From NCBI GenBank assembly GCA_963819615.1, contig CAWFWW010000004.1:573705-637704 (forward strand): 64,000 bases of DNA, written 5' to 3'. This stretch comes from an uncultured Alphaproteobacteria bacterium (lineage in GTDB: Bacteria > Pseudomonadota > Alphaproteobacteria > Rhizobiales > Aestuariivirgaceae). Under the pieces are notes generated by a model, which was not told where the DNA came from, ran no database searches, and saw only the letters and a program-made list of their open reading frames with translations. The position numbers and the translations under genes are program-made. Position 1 is the stretch's first letter, and each line of letters opens with the position of its first letter. Positions 21,220 through 30,818 of this stretch are shown here, piece by piece.

Positions 21220-21650
21220 AGCGCAGTCTTTGCCGCAAGGTGAAACTTTTCTGCCATAGCGGCAGTAATGCGTTGTGGCCGACCTTTGCCATCCACAATG
21301 ACAGCCGTCACTTCAGCCGTGAAAATAAGCTCAGAGCCACGCATCACTCGTTGCGACATTACAAATCGCGCACCTTTGATGTCTTTCGCCACTGACTCCA
21401 CCATCAGTATGTCGTCAAATATAGCCGCCCGCTCGAACTCGCAATCCATCCGCCGGATGACAAAATATTGGCCGGATGCCGCCATCGCATTTTGATCAAC
21501 ACCAACAACCCGCAGCCAGTCCGACCGCGCCCGCTCGCAATATTTCAGGTAATTCGAGTGATAGACCAACCCGGAAAAATCCGTGTCCTCGTAATAGACG
21601 CGAAGGTCGAAAACATGCTTGCCATTTTCAAGGTGGCCGGAAAGCGTCAT
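21216..21650 (-). CDS. ybgC: Tol-Pal-associated acyl-CoA thioesterase
   Basis: [19 protein letters not shown] hot-dog motif; ruvB-ybgC-tolQ synteny. Confidence 0.93.
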   Translation of the reverse strand: MTLSGHLENGKHVFDLRVYYEDTDFSGLVYHSNYLKYCERARSDWLRVVGVDQNAMAASGQYFVIRRMDCEFERAAIFDDILMVESVAKDIKGARFVMSQRVMRGSELIFTAEVTAVIVDGKGRPQRITAAMAEKFHLAAKTAL

Positions 21651-22687
21651 TCCCCCTCCTCCAGCGGCAGCACACCTTGCGTGATCTCCGCGCGGTTCGG
21701 CACAGCCAACCCCAGATGCTTGAACGCATGGTGAGTCAAAATGCGTCCGCGTGGCGATCGATTTAAGAACCCAAGCTGCAACAGATAAGGCTCAACGACA
21801 TCTTCAATTCCATCACGTGCCTCCGACAACGACGCCGCAATGGTGTCGATCCCAACCGGCCCGCCGCCGAAATTCAACGCAATGCATTTGAGATAGCGGT
21901 GGTCCAAAGCATCCAGCCCGGCATCATCAACATCCAATGCTTTCAAAGCCTTGTCGGCAGCACGTGAATCGATCTGTGAAGCCCCCGCCACCGAAGCAAA
22001 ATCCCGTACGCGACGCAGCAACCGCCCGGCGATACGAGGTGTGCCCCGTGAACGCCGCGCAATTTCCCGTGCCCCATCTTCAGTGACAGGCATCTGCATG
22101 ATCCGCGATCCGCGCCGCACGATGTCAAGCAGCTCATCCTCGGTGTAAAAATCCAGCCGGATTGGAATGCCAAAGCGATCGCGCAGCGGCGTGGTGAGCA
22201 GTCCAGTGCGCGTCGTCGCACCTATCAGCGTAAACCGCGCCAGATCAATCCGCACCGATCTTGCGGCGGGGCCTTCACCAATAATCAGATCCAGCTGAAA
22301 ATCCTCCATCGCTGGATAAAGCACTTCTTCGACAGCCGGATTGAGCCGGTGAATTTCATCGATGAACAACACATCGCGATCTTCGAGATTGGTGAGGAGT
22401 GCAGCGAGATCACCAGCCTTGGCAATCACAGGACCAGATGTCGCCCGAAAATTCACCCCAAGTTCGCGCGCCATGATCTGCGCCAGCGTGGTCTTCCCCA
22501 ACCCCGGTGGCCCCGCAAACAACACATGATCCAGCGCTTCACCGCGCGATTTCGCCGCCTCAATAAACACGCGAAGGTTCTGCTTCTGCTTCGACTGCCC
22601 GACAAACTCATCAAGCTTCTGCGGCCGCAAGTGAGTGTCGAGCGCGTCCTCGGGTTTGGGGGAATGATCAAGGATGGTGCGGGTCAT
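21647..22687 (-). CDS. ruvB: Holliday junction branch migration helicase RuvB
   Basis: [29 protein letters not shown] and [11 protein letters not shown] motifs. Confidence 0.99.
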   Translation of the reverse strand: MTRTILDHSPKPEDALDTHLRPQKLDEFVGQSKQKQNLRVFIEAAKSRGEALDHVLFAGPPGLGKTTLAQIMARELGVNFRATSGPVIAKAGDLAALLTNLEDRDVLFIDEIHRLNPAVEEVLYPAMEDFQLDLIIGEGPAARSVRIDLARFTLIGATTRTGLLTTPLRDRFGIPIRLDFYTEDELLDIVRRGSRIMQMPVTEDGAREIARRSRGTPRIAGRLLRRVRDFASVAGASQIDSRAADKALKALDVDDAGLDALDHRYLKCIALNFGGGPVGIDTIAASLSEARDGIEDVVEPYLLQLGFLNRSPRGRILTHHAFKHLGLAVPNRAEITQGVLPLEEGE

Positions 22688-22728
22688 GGACTACTTCCCC
22701 CTCCTCCTGGCGGGGATCAACAAACTCT

Positions 22729-22832
22729 CCCCTCCCTTGAGGGAGGGGTAGGGGTGGGTGTCAGCCCCAAGTGAGATCGAACTTCCATTGCGTGGCTGGC
22801 ACCCGCCCCCGGCCCCGCCCTCAAGGGCAGGG
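22729..22832. repeat. REPIN-like element (family D) upstream of ruvB
   Basis: Inverted arms matching the tolB element in reverse orientation. Confidence 0.8.
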
Positions 22833-22848
22833 AGCTGAACAAACACAC

Positions 22849-23309
22849 TCATCCCGCCGCCAGCTCCTTCAGCGCCGCACGGATCAATTTCTCCGTGGAC
22901 TGACTAAATTTCTTCCCCCTCCCCCCTGTGGGGAGGGCCGGGGTGGGGGTCGGGTGATCTCGCAGAATAAAGTTCATTCCCTTTCTGCCAAGACGGAGCG
23001 ACCCCCACCCTAACCCTCCCCACAAGGGGGAGGGAATGTTCCTTGCAATCCTCATCCCACCGCCAGCTCCTTCAGCGCCGCGCGGATCAATTTCTCCGTG
23101 GGCTGACTAAATTTCTTCCCCCTCCCCCCTGTGGGGAGGGCCGGGGTGGGGGTCGGGTGATCTCGCAGAATAAAATTCATTCCCACTCTGAAAAGCCAAA
23201 GCAACCCCCACCCTAACCCTCCCCACAAGGGGGAGGGAATGCTATTTCCAAACCTCATCCCGCCGCCAGCTCCTTCAGCGCCGCGCGGATCAATTTCTCC
23301 GTGGGCTGA
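22849..23309 (-). repeat. 203-bp tandem repeat: three copies of the last 55 bp of ruvA separated by two family-A REPINs
   Basis: ruvA tail at 22849-22903, 23052-23106 and 23255-23309; the two intervening 148-bp segments align without gaps. Confidence 0.92.
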
Positions 23310-23869
23310 TCATCGCCGCCCTTGTTCATCGCCGCACCCACAGCCATCGCGGCTTGTGATTGCCCGTATCCCAAATTCACCAGCGCCGACACCGCATCCG
23401 TCACCGCTGTCGGCCGATCAGCAGCCAGCTCCGCCGCCACCTGCCCCAGGCCGATATCCGCCGCCGTATAGGCAGGCGCCTTGTCTTTCAATTCGAGCAC
23501 GATGCGTTCAGCAAGTTTCTTGCCAACCCCATTGGCCCGCCCGATCATCGCCTTGTCCTGCAACGCAATCGCATTCGCCACGTCACCCGGCGACAGCACC
23601 GACAAGATCGCCAGCGCCACCCGCGCCCCCACGCCCTGAACAGTCTGCAAAAGCTTGAACCACTCTTTTTCCATGGTACTCGCAAATCCAACGAGCCGGA
23701 TATTGTCCTGGCTCACCAGCATCTCGGTGTGAACCTCGGCAAACTCACCGACTGAAAGCGTCGACAGTGTCTTCGACGAGCACGACACAAAATAACAAAC
23801 CCCGCCCACATCAACCATCGCCCAGTCAGGCCCGGTGGAATCAATGCGGCCTTTCAGTTTTCCAATCAT
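23255..23869 (-). CDS. ruvA: Holliday junction branch migration protein RuvA
   Basis: MIGKLKG, HhH motif LQTVQGVGARVALAIL and DAVSALVNLGY. Confidence 0.98.
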   Translation of the reverse strand: MIGKLKGRIDSTGPDWAMVDVGGVCYFVSCSSKTLSTLSVGEFAEVHTEMLVSQDNIRLVGFASTMEKEWFKLLQTVQGVGARVALAILSVLSPGDVANAIALQDKAMIGRANGVGKKLAERIVLELKDKAPAYTAADIGLGQVAAELAADRPTAVTDAVSALVNLGYGQSQAAMAVGAAMNKGGDDQPTEKLIRAALKELAAG

Positions 23870-24282
23870 TGGTGCATATCAGGCGCAATAATTTCAAGAT
23901 TTGGAAAGTGCCGACGATACCGCTTGGGATCGCGCGTCAACAAACGATAGCCAAGCACTGCCGCATGCGCTCCGATGAAAAAATCAGGCAATGTGCGTTC
24001 CCGATAGCCGCCAGCTCTGCGATAGGCGACATGCGCCATGCCTGCCATGAACGATGTATGCCAGGGTAAATCTTCCAAAGTGAATCCAAAACTCTCCATC
24101 ATGCGCACCAACTCTTGCTCGCTGCCAAACTCTGGCGCAGCTTCAGCGAGGATAATCGGGTTGACGATAACGTCTCCGGCATCGCGCCACCTGACCAAAA
24201 CGTCCTCTGACCAATCATGCCATGCTTGGCCTGGCCGCAAGAGATCCAGCACAACACTGGAATCAGCGAGGCTCGACGTCAT
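23866..24282 (-). CDS. vapC: PIN-domain VapC toxin
   Basis: LADSSVVLD, IILAE, LPDFFIGAHA and LLTRD motifs; stop overlaps the ruvA ATG. Confidence 0.9.
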   Translation of the reverse strand: MTSSLADSSVVLDLLRPGQAWHDWSEDVLVRWRDAGDVIVNPIILAEAAPEFGSEQELVRMMESFGFTLEDLPWHTSFMAGMAHVAYRRAGGYRERTLPDFFIGAHAAVLGYRLLTRDPKRYRRHFPNLEIIAPDMHQ

Positions 24283-24544
24283 CTGCGGGGCCGCGCACGA
24301 ATTCAATGATTTCATCGGTTGACATGCCGGCATAGGCACTGGTCCGCCGGTTGCTTTGCGCAAACGCGTTCATCAGTCGCGCCATCTTTTGGCCAGGCGT
24401 CTCACCGGATTTCTGCTTCTCGCTGACCAATATCATCTGTCCACCTTCTTCTTGAAAACCGACTTCGGACCCCGGTTCAATTCCGAGTTTTTCCCGGATC
24501 TCTTTCGGGATAGTCACCTGACCTTTGGATGTGACGCGGCTCAT
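24263..24544 (-). CDS. AbrB/MazE/SpoVT-family antitoxin
   Basis: SRVTSKGQVTIPKEIREKLGI AbrB signature; overlaps vapC. Confidence 0.9.
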   Translation of the reverse strand: MSRVTSKGQVTIPKEIREKLGIEPGSEVGFQEEGGQMILVSEKQKSGETPGQKMARLMNAFAQSNRRTSAYAGMSTDEIIEFVRGPADDVEPR

Positions 24545-24569
24545 AAGTAATACCTCACCAGTATTACTT
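24545..24569. promoter_or_regulatory. Putative TA autoregulatory operator
   Basis: Perfect inverted repeat AAGTAATAC-N7-GTATTACTT abutting the antitoxin ATG. Confidence 0.7.
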
Positions 24570-24588
24570 CCACAAACCGGCGAACAAG

Positions 24589-25071
24589 TCAAGAACGTCT
24601 GATCCCCCGGTGATGCGCATGGCATATAGCAATCGCCAGTGCATCCACTGAATCCGCCGACTTCAGCACGGCTTTCGGCAACAGCAGCTTCACCATGTGC
24701 TTGACCTGCGCCTTCTCCGCATGCCCTGCCCCTACCACGGATTTCTTGATCACATTTGGCGCGTATTCCGAAACGGCAATCCCGAGTGATGCCGGCGCCA
24801 GCATGACAGCGCCCCGCGCCTGGCCCAGCTTCAGCGTGGCCCGCGCATCCTTGTTGACGAAAGTCTCTTCGATCGCCGCTTCATCCGGCGCATATTCATT
24901 CAGCACACGGATCAATTGCGTATGGATCTGCAACAGGCGCATCGCCAGCGGCGCATCCGCATCCGAATGCACCGACCCGTCAGCGACATAGATGAGCCGC
25001 GATCCTTCGCTGTCAATCACACCCCAGCCGGTATTTCGCAAACCCGGATCAAGCCCGATAATCCGAACCAT
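24589..25071 (-). CDS. ruvC: Crossover junction endodeoxyribonuclease RuvC
   Basis: [22 protein letters not shown] and [11 protein letters not shown] motifs. Confidence 0.98.
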   Translation of the reverse strand: MVRIIGLDPGLRNTGWGVIDSEGSRLIYVADGSVHSDADAPLAMRLLQIHTQLIRVLNEYAPDEAAIEETFVNKDARATLKLGQARGAVMLAPASLGIAVSEYAPNVIKKSVVGAGHAEKAQVKHMVKLLLPKAVLKSADSVDALAIAICHAHHRGIRRS

Positions 25072-25109
25072 CCGCCCTCCTGAAAAACAGGCCGTAGCAC
25101 AAACAGTGC

Positions 25110-26363
25110 TTACTTCTCCAGTACCGCAGTGGCCGCAGTCTTGATGCCTGAAGGAACCGGAACTTTCGTTGCCCCGTAATTCGTGTTCAGGACGAGTTCA
25201 GGTCCTTCCTTGAGCTCAAGCCGGTTCACCACAATTGCAGTATAGGCGGACTTTTCGCCAACTCGCGCGGTGGGATCAATAGTCAGATTGCCATTGGGAA
25301 GATAAATGGTCCCAGTCAGCTCATTTGTTATCAGCGTATTGATCCTGTGCTGTCGGCCAGCCGCAACAGCCCGGTCTTCAAAAAACAACAATCCCGCCAT
25401 GTCGCCGTCTTCGCGCCCGGCGAATTCGACCAAGGCACCACCAGTAAAGTCGATGACTGAATTATCACCCGTCAGGAAGAAGCCGATGTTCTTGCCCCTC
25501 GCAAATGCCAGCCCGGAAATCTTGAATGGCCCGTCCTTGATGATGTACTCACCCGCTGCAAACGTGACAACCGCTGGGCCGACAATTTCCAGCCCGCCAC
25601 AATAGACTCCAGGCTGCATCGTGGTGATGCCGACCCCCACGCGCTTGTTGGTAAAATTGCACCCGGCATACGAAGGATTTGGCCTGTCGATTAAAGGATC
25701 ATCGATCTTGGAGCAATCAGTAGTAGGTTCTGGATTGATTGATCCCGGCGAGTAGGTAACTCCGCCTGCCGAGCAAACAAGGTCGGCGTTGATTGCTGCG
25801 CCGGAAGAAACAATGACTGCATCCGATGCGACGGAATCAGCATAAACGGCGCAGGACGGTCCAACCATTTTGGCCTTCGACCCGACTTGAACTGCTCCAG
25901 AAGCGCTTCCGTCAAGAGCCAGAACACACAAGTTGGTTGCTCCTGCCAGCCCCGCCGCCGCTTCGCTCACGATAGGCGTAAGTGCGCTGCCAAGCTGCTT
26001 TCCGACCATCGGTGACCAGTCTTCGCTGATGGTTACCGAAACCTTGCTGTCCTTCTTGTCCGACGTGACAACAATCTCGAGAGCAAGCTCACTGCCCATT
26101 TCTTGCTGTGCAAAGGCTTTCGCGGCTGCTTCAATCGAAACTTGCGTCGACCCGGCAACGGCAAGTTCCCTGGCTCCTGCGATGGCGGCTGCATCAGCAG
26201 CTGCTTGCAAACGTGCTTTCTTCATGCCGTATGAGGTGGCATCAATTGCAGCGCCAACGGTTCCCAATGTAACAGGCAGGGCCAGCGCGAAAGCGATTGC
26301 AACGTTTCCAGCTTCATCAAGCCGGAATTTTCGCAACCACTTCTTTGTTATTCCGCGTTTCAA
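25110..26363 (-). CDS. TadG/TadE-like pilus assembly protein (start uncertain, TTG 26363 chosen)
   Basis: [31 protein letters not shown] and CVLALD motifs of Tad pseudopilin-like proteins. Confidence 0.8.
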   Translation of the reverse strand: MKRGITKKWLRKFRLDEAGNVAIAFALALPVTLGTVGAAIDATSYGMKKARLQAAADAAAIAGARELAVAGSTQVSIEAAAKAFAQQEMGSELALEIVVTSDKKDSKVSVTISEDWSPMVGKQLGSALTPIVSEAAAGLAGATNLCVLALDGSASGAVQVGSKAKMVGPSCAVYADSVASDAVIVSSGAAINADLVCSAGGVTYSPGSINPEPTTDCSKIDDPLIDRPNPSYAGCNFTNKRVGVGITTMQPGVYCGGLEIVGPAVVTFAAGEYIIKDGPFKISGLAFARGKNIGFFLTGDNSVIDFTGGALVEFAGREDGDMAGLLFFEDRAVAAGRQHRINTLITNELTGTIYLPNGNLTIDPTARVGEKSAYTAIVVNRLELKEGPELVLNTNYGATKVPVPSGIKTAATAVLEK

Positions 26364-26559
26364 TTGCGCCCTCGGCTCTGTGAACGGCTTTGATACGGAA
26401 TTCTTCCTAACGCCTGATTGAAACTTTCCCTCGACTTCGCCAGTACATGCAAAAATCCGGTTCAAAATGAGAATTAAATTAAACAATGGTTATCGGAACT
26501 TGACCGCAGTCACTCTCTTTTTGGCAGTTCGCTCCCCAAGGCTTAAGGCATGTGAAGCT

Positions 26560-27474
26560 CTAACGGCTTATCCCCTCCAACCACCGCTTCTCCAATCTGC
26601 ACGCCACTGAAAACGCCGGATTGAACACATTCGCCACATCGTAGCGCACCGCCATGCCGAGGAAATGCGAGGCACTCACGCGGTCAAGGCCGTAGTCATC
26701 CTCCAGCCACACCAGCATCTCACTCGTAGCATGTTGCAGCGCCTGTTCCAATGGACGAGCATTTCCAACGGCAAAAATGCATTCTTCCGTTTCGCCGCGC
26801 GGCCAGCTGATCTTCTTCCGCTTGATGATCCGTACACTGAATTCAACTTCTGCCGATGTCTCAATTCCCGTGCCCGCGATTTCACCATCGCCTTGCGCGC
26901 CATGCACATCGCCGAGAAAGAACAAGGCTCCCGGCACAGTCACCGGAAACATCGCCGTGCAGCCTTCGCCAAACAGCCGGTAGTCCATATTCCCGCCATA
27001 CGGGCCGCTTGTCGCCGTGGAAATGAATTCTCCGCAGGCAGGCGCCACTCCAAGACAGCCGATCATTGGAACCAATGGAACCGACCAGTCCTTCAGCGTC
27101 GCCGGAGGCTGCTGCAGCGAAATGCCGTTGCCACCAATGTCCCACGTAACCTTGTCACGTTGAGGCATATCCCGCACCAAAGCTGGTTCAACCACATTCC
27201 ACGCCAGCCCTTGCCGCGACCATCCCGTTTTGCGGTTCATCGAAATTCGCCTGATGCCGACGGAAAGTGCGTCGCCAGGCTCCGCGCCCGCAACGAAGAA
27301 CGGTCCTGTCATGGGATTGGGGTCGGTGCCAAGCCTCTCGCCATCTTTGTCAAAGCCATGCGCATCAAGCGTTTCAATTATGACAGAATCGCCATCAGCA
27401 ACCCCATGCATCGGCGCGTGCGCCCCAATTGTGTTAAAGAAAGTTTTCTGGCCCAATCTGTGCGTTGCCATCAC
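26560..27474 (-). CDS. Acetamidase/formamidase family protein
   Basis: NPMTGPFFVAGAEPGDAL, GGNMDY and GDVHGAQGDGE motifs. Confidence 0.88.
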   Translation of the reverse strand: MMATHRLGQKTFFNTIGAHAPMHGVADGDSVIIETLDAHGFDKDGERLGTDPNPMTGPFFVAGAEPGDALSVGIRRISMNRKTGWSRQGLAWNVVEPALVRDMPQRDKVTWDIGGNGISLQQPPATLKDWSVPLVPMIGCLGVAPACGEFISTATSGPYGGNMDYRLFGEGCTAMFPVTVPGALFFLGDVHGAQGDGEIAGTGIETSAEVEFSVRIIKRKKISWPRGETEECIFAVGNARPLEQALQHATSEMLVWLEDDYGLDRVSASHFLGMAVRYDVANVFNPAFSVACRLEKRWLEGISR

Positions 27475-27475
27475 A

Positions 27476-28222
27476 TCACGCAGCGCTCAATTTTTCCATG
27501 ACATCCGCTGGGATGTCTGCGTTGGAAAAAACCACCTGCACATCATCATCATCATCCAGCGCATCAACCATCTTCATCAGGCTCTCCGCTTTCTCGAAAT
27601 CTACGGGCGTCATGACCCCAGGTTTCCAAACGACTTTCACTGAATCAGCATCGCCAAATTTCGCCGCGAGTGAAGCCGATACCTCTCCGATGCTTTCAAA
27701 CGCGCAGGTGATCATGTGCCCTTCGTCAGATGAAGTGACATCATCCGCCCCGGCATCAATGGCTGCCTCCATCATCGCATCCACCGAAGCCTTCGCAGCT
27801 GGATAAACAATTTCACCAACCCGCGAGAACATGAACGCAACAGATCCGGTTTCACCCATGTTCCCGAATTTGGTGAAGATCGCCCGCACATTCGAAGCCG
27901 TGCGGTTGCGGTTGTCCGTCAGTGCTTCGACGATGACAGCAACGCCGCCCGGACCATACCCCTCGTAGCGGACCTGATCATAATTTGCGCCATCGGCCCC
28001 AGCAGCTTTCTTGATGGCGCGCTCAATATTGTCCTTGGGCAAGTTCTCCGCCCGCGCATTCTGAATGGCCAGCCGCAACCGGGCATTGGCCGCTGGATCG
28101 GGCAGGCCAGCCTTCGCGGCAACAGTGATTTCCCGCGCCAGCTTGGAGAAAATCTTGGACCGCATCTTGTCCTGTTTTCCCTTGCGGAACATGATGTTCT
28201 TGTACTGTGAATGGCCCGCCAT
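27476..28222 (-). CDS. yebC: YebC/PmpR (TACO1) family protein
   Basis: [18 protein letters not shown] and TDNRNRT motifs. Confidence 0.96.
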   Translation of the reverse strand: MAGHSQYKNIMFRKGKQDKMRSKIFSKLAREITVAAKAGLPDPAANARLRLAIQNARAENLPKDNIERAIKKAAGADGANYDQVRYEGYGPGGVAVIVEALTDNRNRTASNVRAIFTKFGNMGETGSVAFMFSRVGEIVYPAAKASVDAMMEAAIDAGADDVTSSDEGHMITCAFESIGEVSASLAAKFGDADSVKVVWKPGVMTPVDFEKAESLMKMVDALDDDDDVQVVFSNADIPADVMEKLSAA

Positions 28223-28287
28223 AACGTCCTCAGTTAAACTCGTTTTCCTGCCTTATAGCGGCACCCAAGCCCGCGCAACAAGCGCGA

Positions 28288-28303
28288 TTAACCACGAATT
28301 AAC
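28288..28303. promoter_or_regulatory. Perfect CtrA consensus box
   Basis: TTAA-CCACGAA-TTAAC between divergent yebC and the 28357 ORF. Confidence 0.7.
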
Positions 28304-28356
28304 ACTGTCCCATCAAGCTCTCGGACCAGTATGGTTTGTAAGTGGAGTATTGCGTC

Positions 28357-28680
28357 ATGGCGGCAACCAAAGCGGCGATTGAATCCTTTTCTTTTGATGG
28401 CGAAGAAGTGGGCGGAAGTGCCGCCAGCGCACTGCGAAAGCTCAAATCCCTGTCCGAACTGGCGCCGCAAGGCCGCATGTTTTCTGCAATCGCAAGCATG
28501 TGCGATATCAGTGGCCAGGCTGCGATGGAGTTCGAAGCCGCAAGCCTTGCTGCCCTCAAACTCCAGCAAGAAGCTTCCGAAAGCCACCTCCATCGCGGCA
28601 TGCGACTGGCCAAACGCCTGAAGGAATCTCTGGGCGCAGAGGTTCCAACCCAACTTCCCGCTTTCATGCGCCGGAAGTAG
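28357..28680 (+). CDS. Small hypothetical protein (107 aa) ending in QLPAFMRRK
   Basis: Fills the gap between yebC and the VOC gene; GGAG RBS at 28344-28347; helical composition; family not recognised. Confidence 0.55.
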   Translation: MAATKAAIESFSFDGEEVGGSAASALRKLKSLSELAPQGRMFSAIASMCDISGQAAMEFEAASLAALKLQQEASESHLHRGMRLAKRLKESLGAEVPTQLPAFMRRK

Positions 28681-29113
28681 CCTTCAGCCTGGCAATCGCC
28701 TTTTCCTGCATGTTGCCCGGCAGCATTTCCATGAACTCGATCCGGTTGCCGTCTGGGTCTTTGATCCAGCATTGATTATTGCCATCCAGTCCCAGCTTGG
28801 CCGCGCGGAATAGCGCAATGCCGCGCTCGCCAAGAGCTGCCGCAGTTGCAGCAATGCTGTCCACCTGCAAACACACATGATGCATCGAAGTTGTGCCTTC
28901 ATCTGGCGACTGGTCGCCATCTCCTTCAGGAAACAGCTCGACAAACTGCGTGTCGGTGACACGCAAATAAACCAGCATCAATCGCCCGTCGTCATGGTTG
29001 ATACGCATCATTTCGCTGAATCCAAGCGTATTACGATAAAACGCCAGTGACCTTTCAAGGTCTTTCACCTTCAACGCCCAATGTGCAATTTGCGAAATGC
29101 CAAGTTTCTTCAT
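28664..29113 (-). CDS. VOC (glyoxalase/bleomycin resistance) family protein
   Basis: IAHWALKVKDLERSLAFY, HHVCL and KDPDGNRIEF motifs. Confidence 0.9.
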   Translation of the reverse strand: MKKLGISQIAHWALKVKDLERSLAFYRNTLGFSEMMRINHDDGRLMLVYLRVTDTQFVELFPEGDGDQSPDEGTTSMHHVCLQVDSIAATAAALGERGIALFRAAKLGLDGNNQCWIKDPDGNRIEFMEMLPGNMQEKAIARLKATSGA

Positions 29114-29123
29114 CTCAAACACC

Positions 29124-29951
29124 TCAATCCTGCCAAAACGGTATGTCGGCAGGCGACAACCGCCCGCCAATTCTAAATGGCGCAACCTTCAACGCAAGCC
29201 CTGTAACCTCGTCAGTCTCGACAGCCAAGCCGCACACAGTCGCTTCGCCTTCCGCCGGTTTCATCCGCTCGACCGGAAGCTTGCGAGTAAATCGCTGCAA
29301 CGGCTCGGCCTTGTCCATGCCAATGACAGAATCATAATCGCCGCACATGCCAGCATCAGAAAGATACGCCGTGCCGCCCGCAAGAATTTGATGATCGGCC
29401 GTCGGCGTGTGCGTATGCGTCCCAACTACAACGCTGGCCCGCCCATCGACAAAATGGCCCATCGCCATTTTTTCCGAACTGGCTTCAGCATGAAAATCCA
29501 GCAGGATCGCATCGCAATCCTTGCCAAGGACGCAATTATCCAGCGCCCGCTCAATGGCGGCAAATGGATCATCGAGCTGCGGTTCGATCATGACTCTTCC
29601 CATCGCATTGATGACCAGGACTCGACGCCCCTTTTCAGTTTCAATCATTGTCATGCCACGCCCTGGGCAACCCGCCGGCCAGTTCAGCGGCCGCACAAGC
29701 CGGTCTTCCCGCTCGATGAACACCAGCGCTTCGCGTTGGTCAAACGCGTGGTTGCCGAGCGTCACAACGTCGGCTCCCGACTCGCGCAGGCGATGATAGA
29801 TGTCTTCGGTGATGCCAAAGCCGTGCGCTGCATTTTCACCGTTCACAACCACAAAGTCGGGCGTGAATCTTTCCCGCAGAACTGGAAGATGCCGGGTCAC
29901 AGCCTCTCTTCCGCTCCGGCCAACGACATCGCCTAGAAACATCAGCCGCAA
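29124..29951 (-). CDS. YmdB/TIGR00282 metallophosphoesterase
   Basis: LGDVVG, NGEN, LGNHAFD, DFHAEASSEK and GTHTH motifs. Confidence 0.94.
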   Translation of the reverse strand: MRLMFLGDVVGRSGREAVTRHLPVLRERFTPDFVVVNGENAAHGFGITEDIYHRLRESGADVVTLGNHAFDQREALVFIEREDRLVRPLNWPAGCPGRGMTMIETEKGRRVLVINAMGRVMIEPQLDDPFAAIERALDNCVLGKDCDAILLDFHAEASSEKMAMGHFVDGRASVVVGTHTHTPTADHQILAGGTAYLSDAGMCGDYDSVIGMDKAEPLQRFTRKLPVERMKPAEGEATVCGLAVETDEVTGLALKVAPFRIGGRLSPADIPFWQD

Positions 29952-30517
29952 CGAATGACCTCCTCTTCAGTCATGACGAAATCCAATGGCAGGTCATGTT
30001 GCCCACGCGGCACGGAATAAACTTCTTGTGCCGCATAAGCGACGCCAATGGCAATGACTGATCTGTGCTCTTTCAGAGCAGCCAGCGTACGGTCATAGAA
30101 ACCGCCCCCATAACCAAGCCTGAAGCCATTACGGTCAAAAGCCAGCATGGGAACCAGCAGAACATCAGGCTCTACGATAGGCGCGCCATCCGATGGTCGC
30201 GGAATGTTCCAAAGCCCCGATATTGTGATTTCACCGGGATACCATCGCCGGAAGGTCAGCGGCAGCCCCTTTCCGAGGATGACAGGGAGCGATGGTGTCC
30301 AGCCCTCCCCTGCAAGCTTGCCGAGCAATGGCCTCACATCAATTTCACTCTGGTATGGGTAAAAACCCGAAACCACTGCAGTATCCTTGTTATGTTCACA
30401 CGGAAAATTTAATGAAATCAAGGCGCTTGGAGCCAAATCCGCAGATTCAAGATGAACTCCCGCCCGCCGCACTGCGGCGCTCTTTCTTAGTTCTCTTTTG
30501 TCATCTTCCAGCGTCAT
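29942..30517 (-). CDS. ygfA: 5-formyltetrahydrofolate cyclo-ligase
   Basis: SEID and PDVLLVPMLAFDRNGFRLGYGGGFYDRTL motifs; directly downstream of 6S RNA. Confidence 0.94.
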   Translation of the reverse strand: MTLEDDKRELRKSAAVRRAGVHLESADLAPSALISLNFPCEHNKDTAVVSGFYPYQSEIDVRPLLGKLAGEGWTPSLPVILGKGLPLTFRRWYPGEITISGLWNIPRPSDGAPIVEPDVLLVPMLAFDRNGFRLGYGGGFYDRTLAALKEHRSVIAIGVAYAAQEVYSVPRGQHDLPLDFVMTEEEVIRCG

Positions 30518-30528
30518 CAATAGTAAAA

Positions 30529-30695
30529 GCGGCACGCCACCATAAGCCGTGGGAACATGCGATCCCGGGTCCCTACTAGCGTAGGTGGGCGTCGTATATG
30601 CCAGGCCACGGCCCGGCACAGGGACAACTCCCTGAAGAATCGTTTATAGGCCCTGGGAATAAAGTGTTCCTTCACAAACCGGGCAGCAGTGCCGC
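30529..30695 (-). ncRNA. ssrS: 6S RNA
   Basis: Complementary ends GCGGCAC/GTGCCGC, internal CAGGGAGTTGTCCCTG and GGCCGTGG..ACGACGCCCACC typical of alphaproteobacterial 6S; conserved position 5' of ygfA. Confidence 0.9.
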
Positions 30696-30818
30696 TAACC
30701 ATTATAAAGGGATTTTTTGTATTGTGCACTGGCTAGTTTAATGTGCTTAAGAAGGACTCTTTGCAAGTGATGCAAATCGTGCCAAACAAAGAGTCGGCGG
30801 ACTTGGGGTGAAACAAGC

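Noticed and set aside
21650-22707. 13-bp identity TTCCCCCTCCTCC at the ruvB end and upstream of ruvB as another gene-tail duplication
   Set aside because: Both copies lie directly 5' of start codons (ybgC, ruvB) and read as purine-rich Shine-Dalgarno tracts; too short to support duplication.
22849-23309. CRISPR array or diversity-generating retroelement
   Set aside because: Repeats are 55 bp of ruvA coding sequence, spacers are 148 bp and homologous to each other, differences are not restricted to adenines, and no cas or reverse transcriptase gene is in the window.
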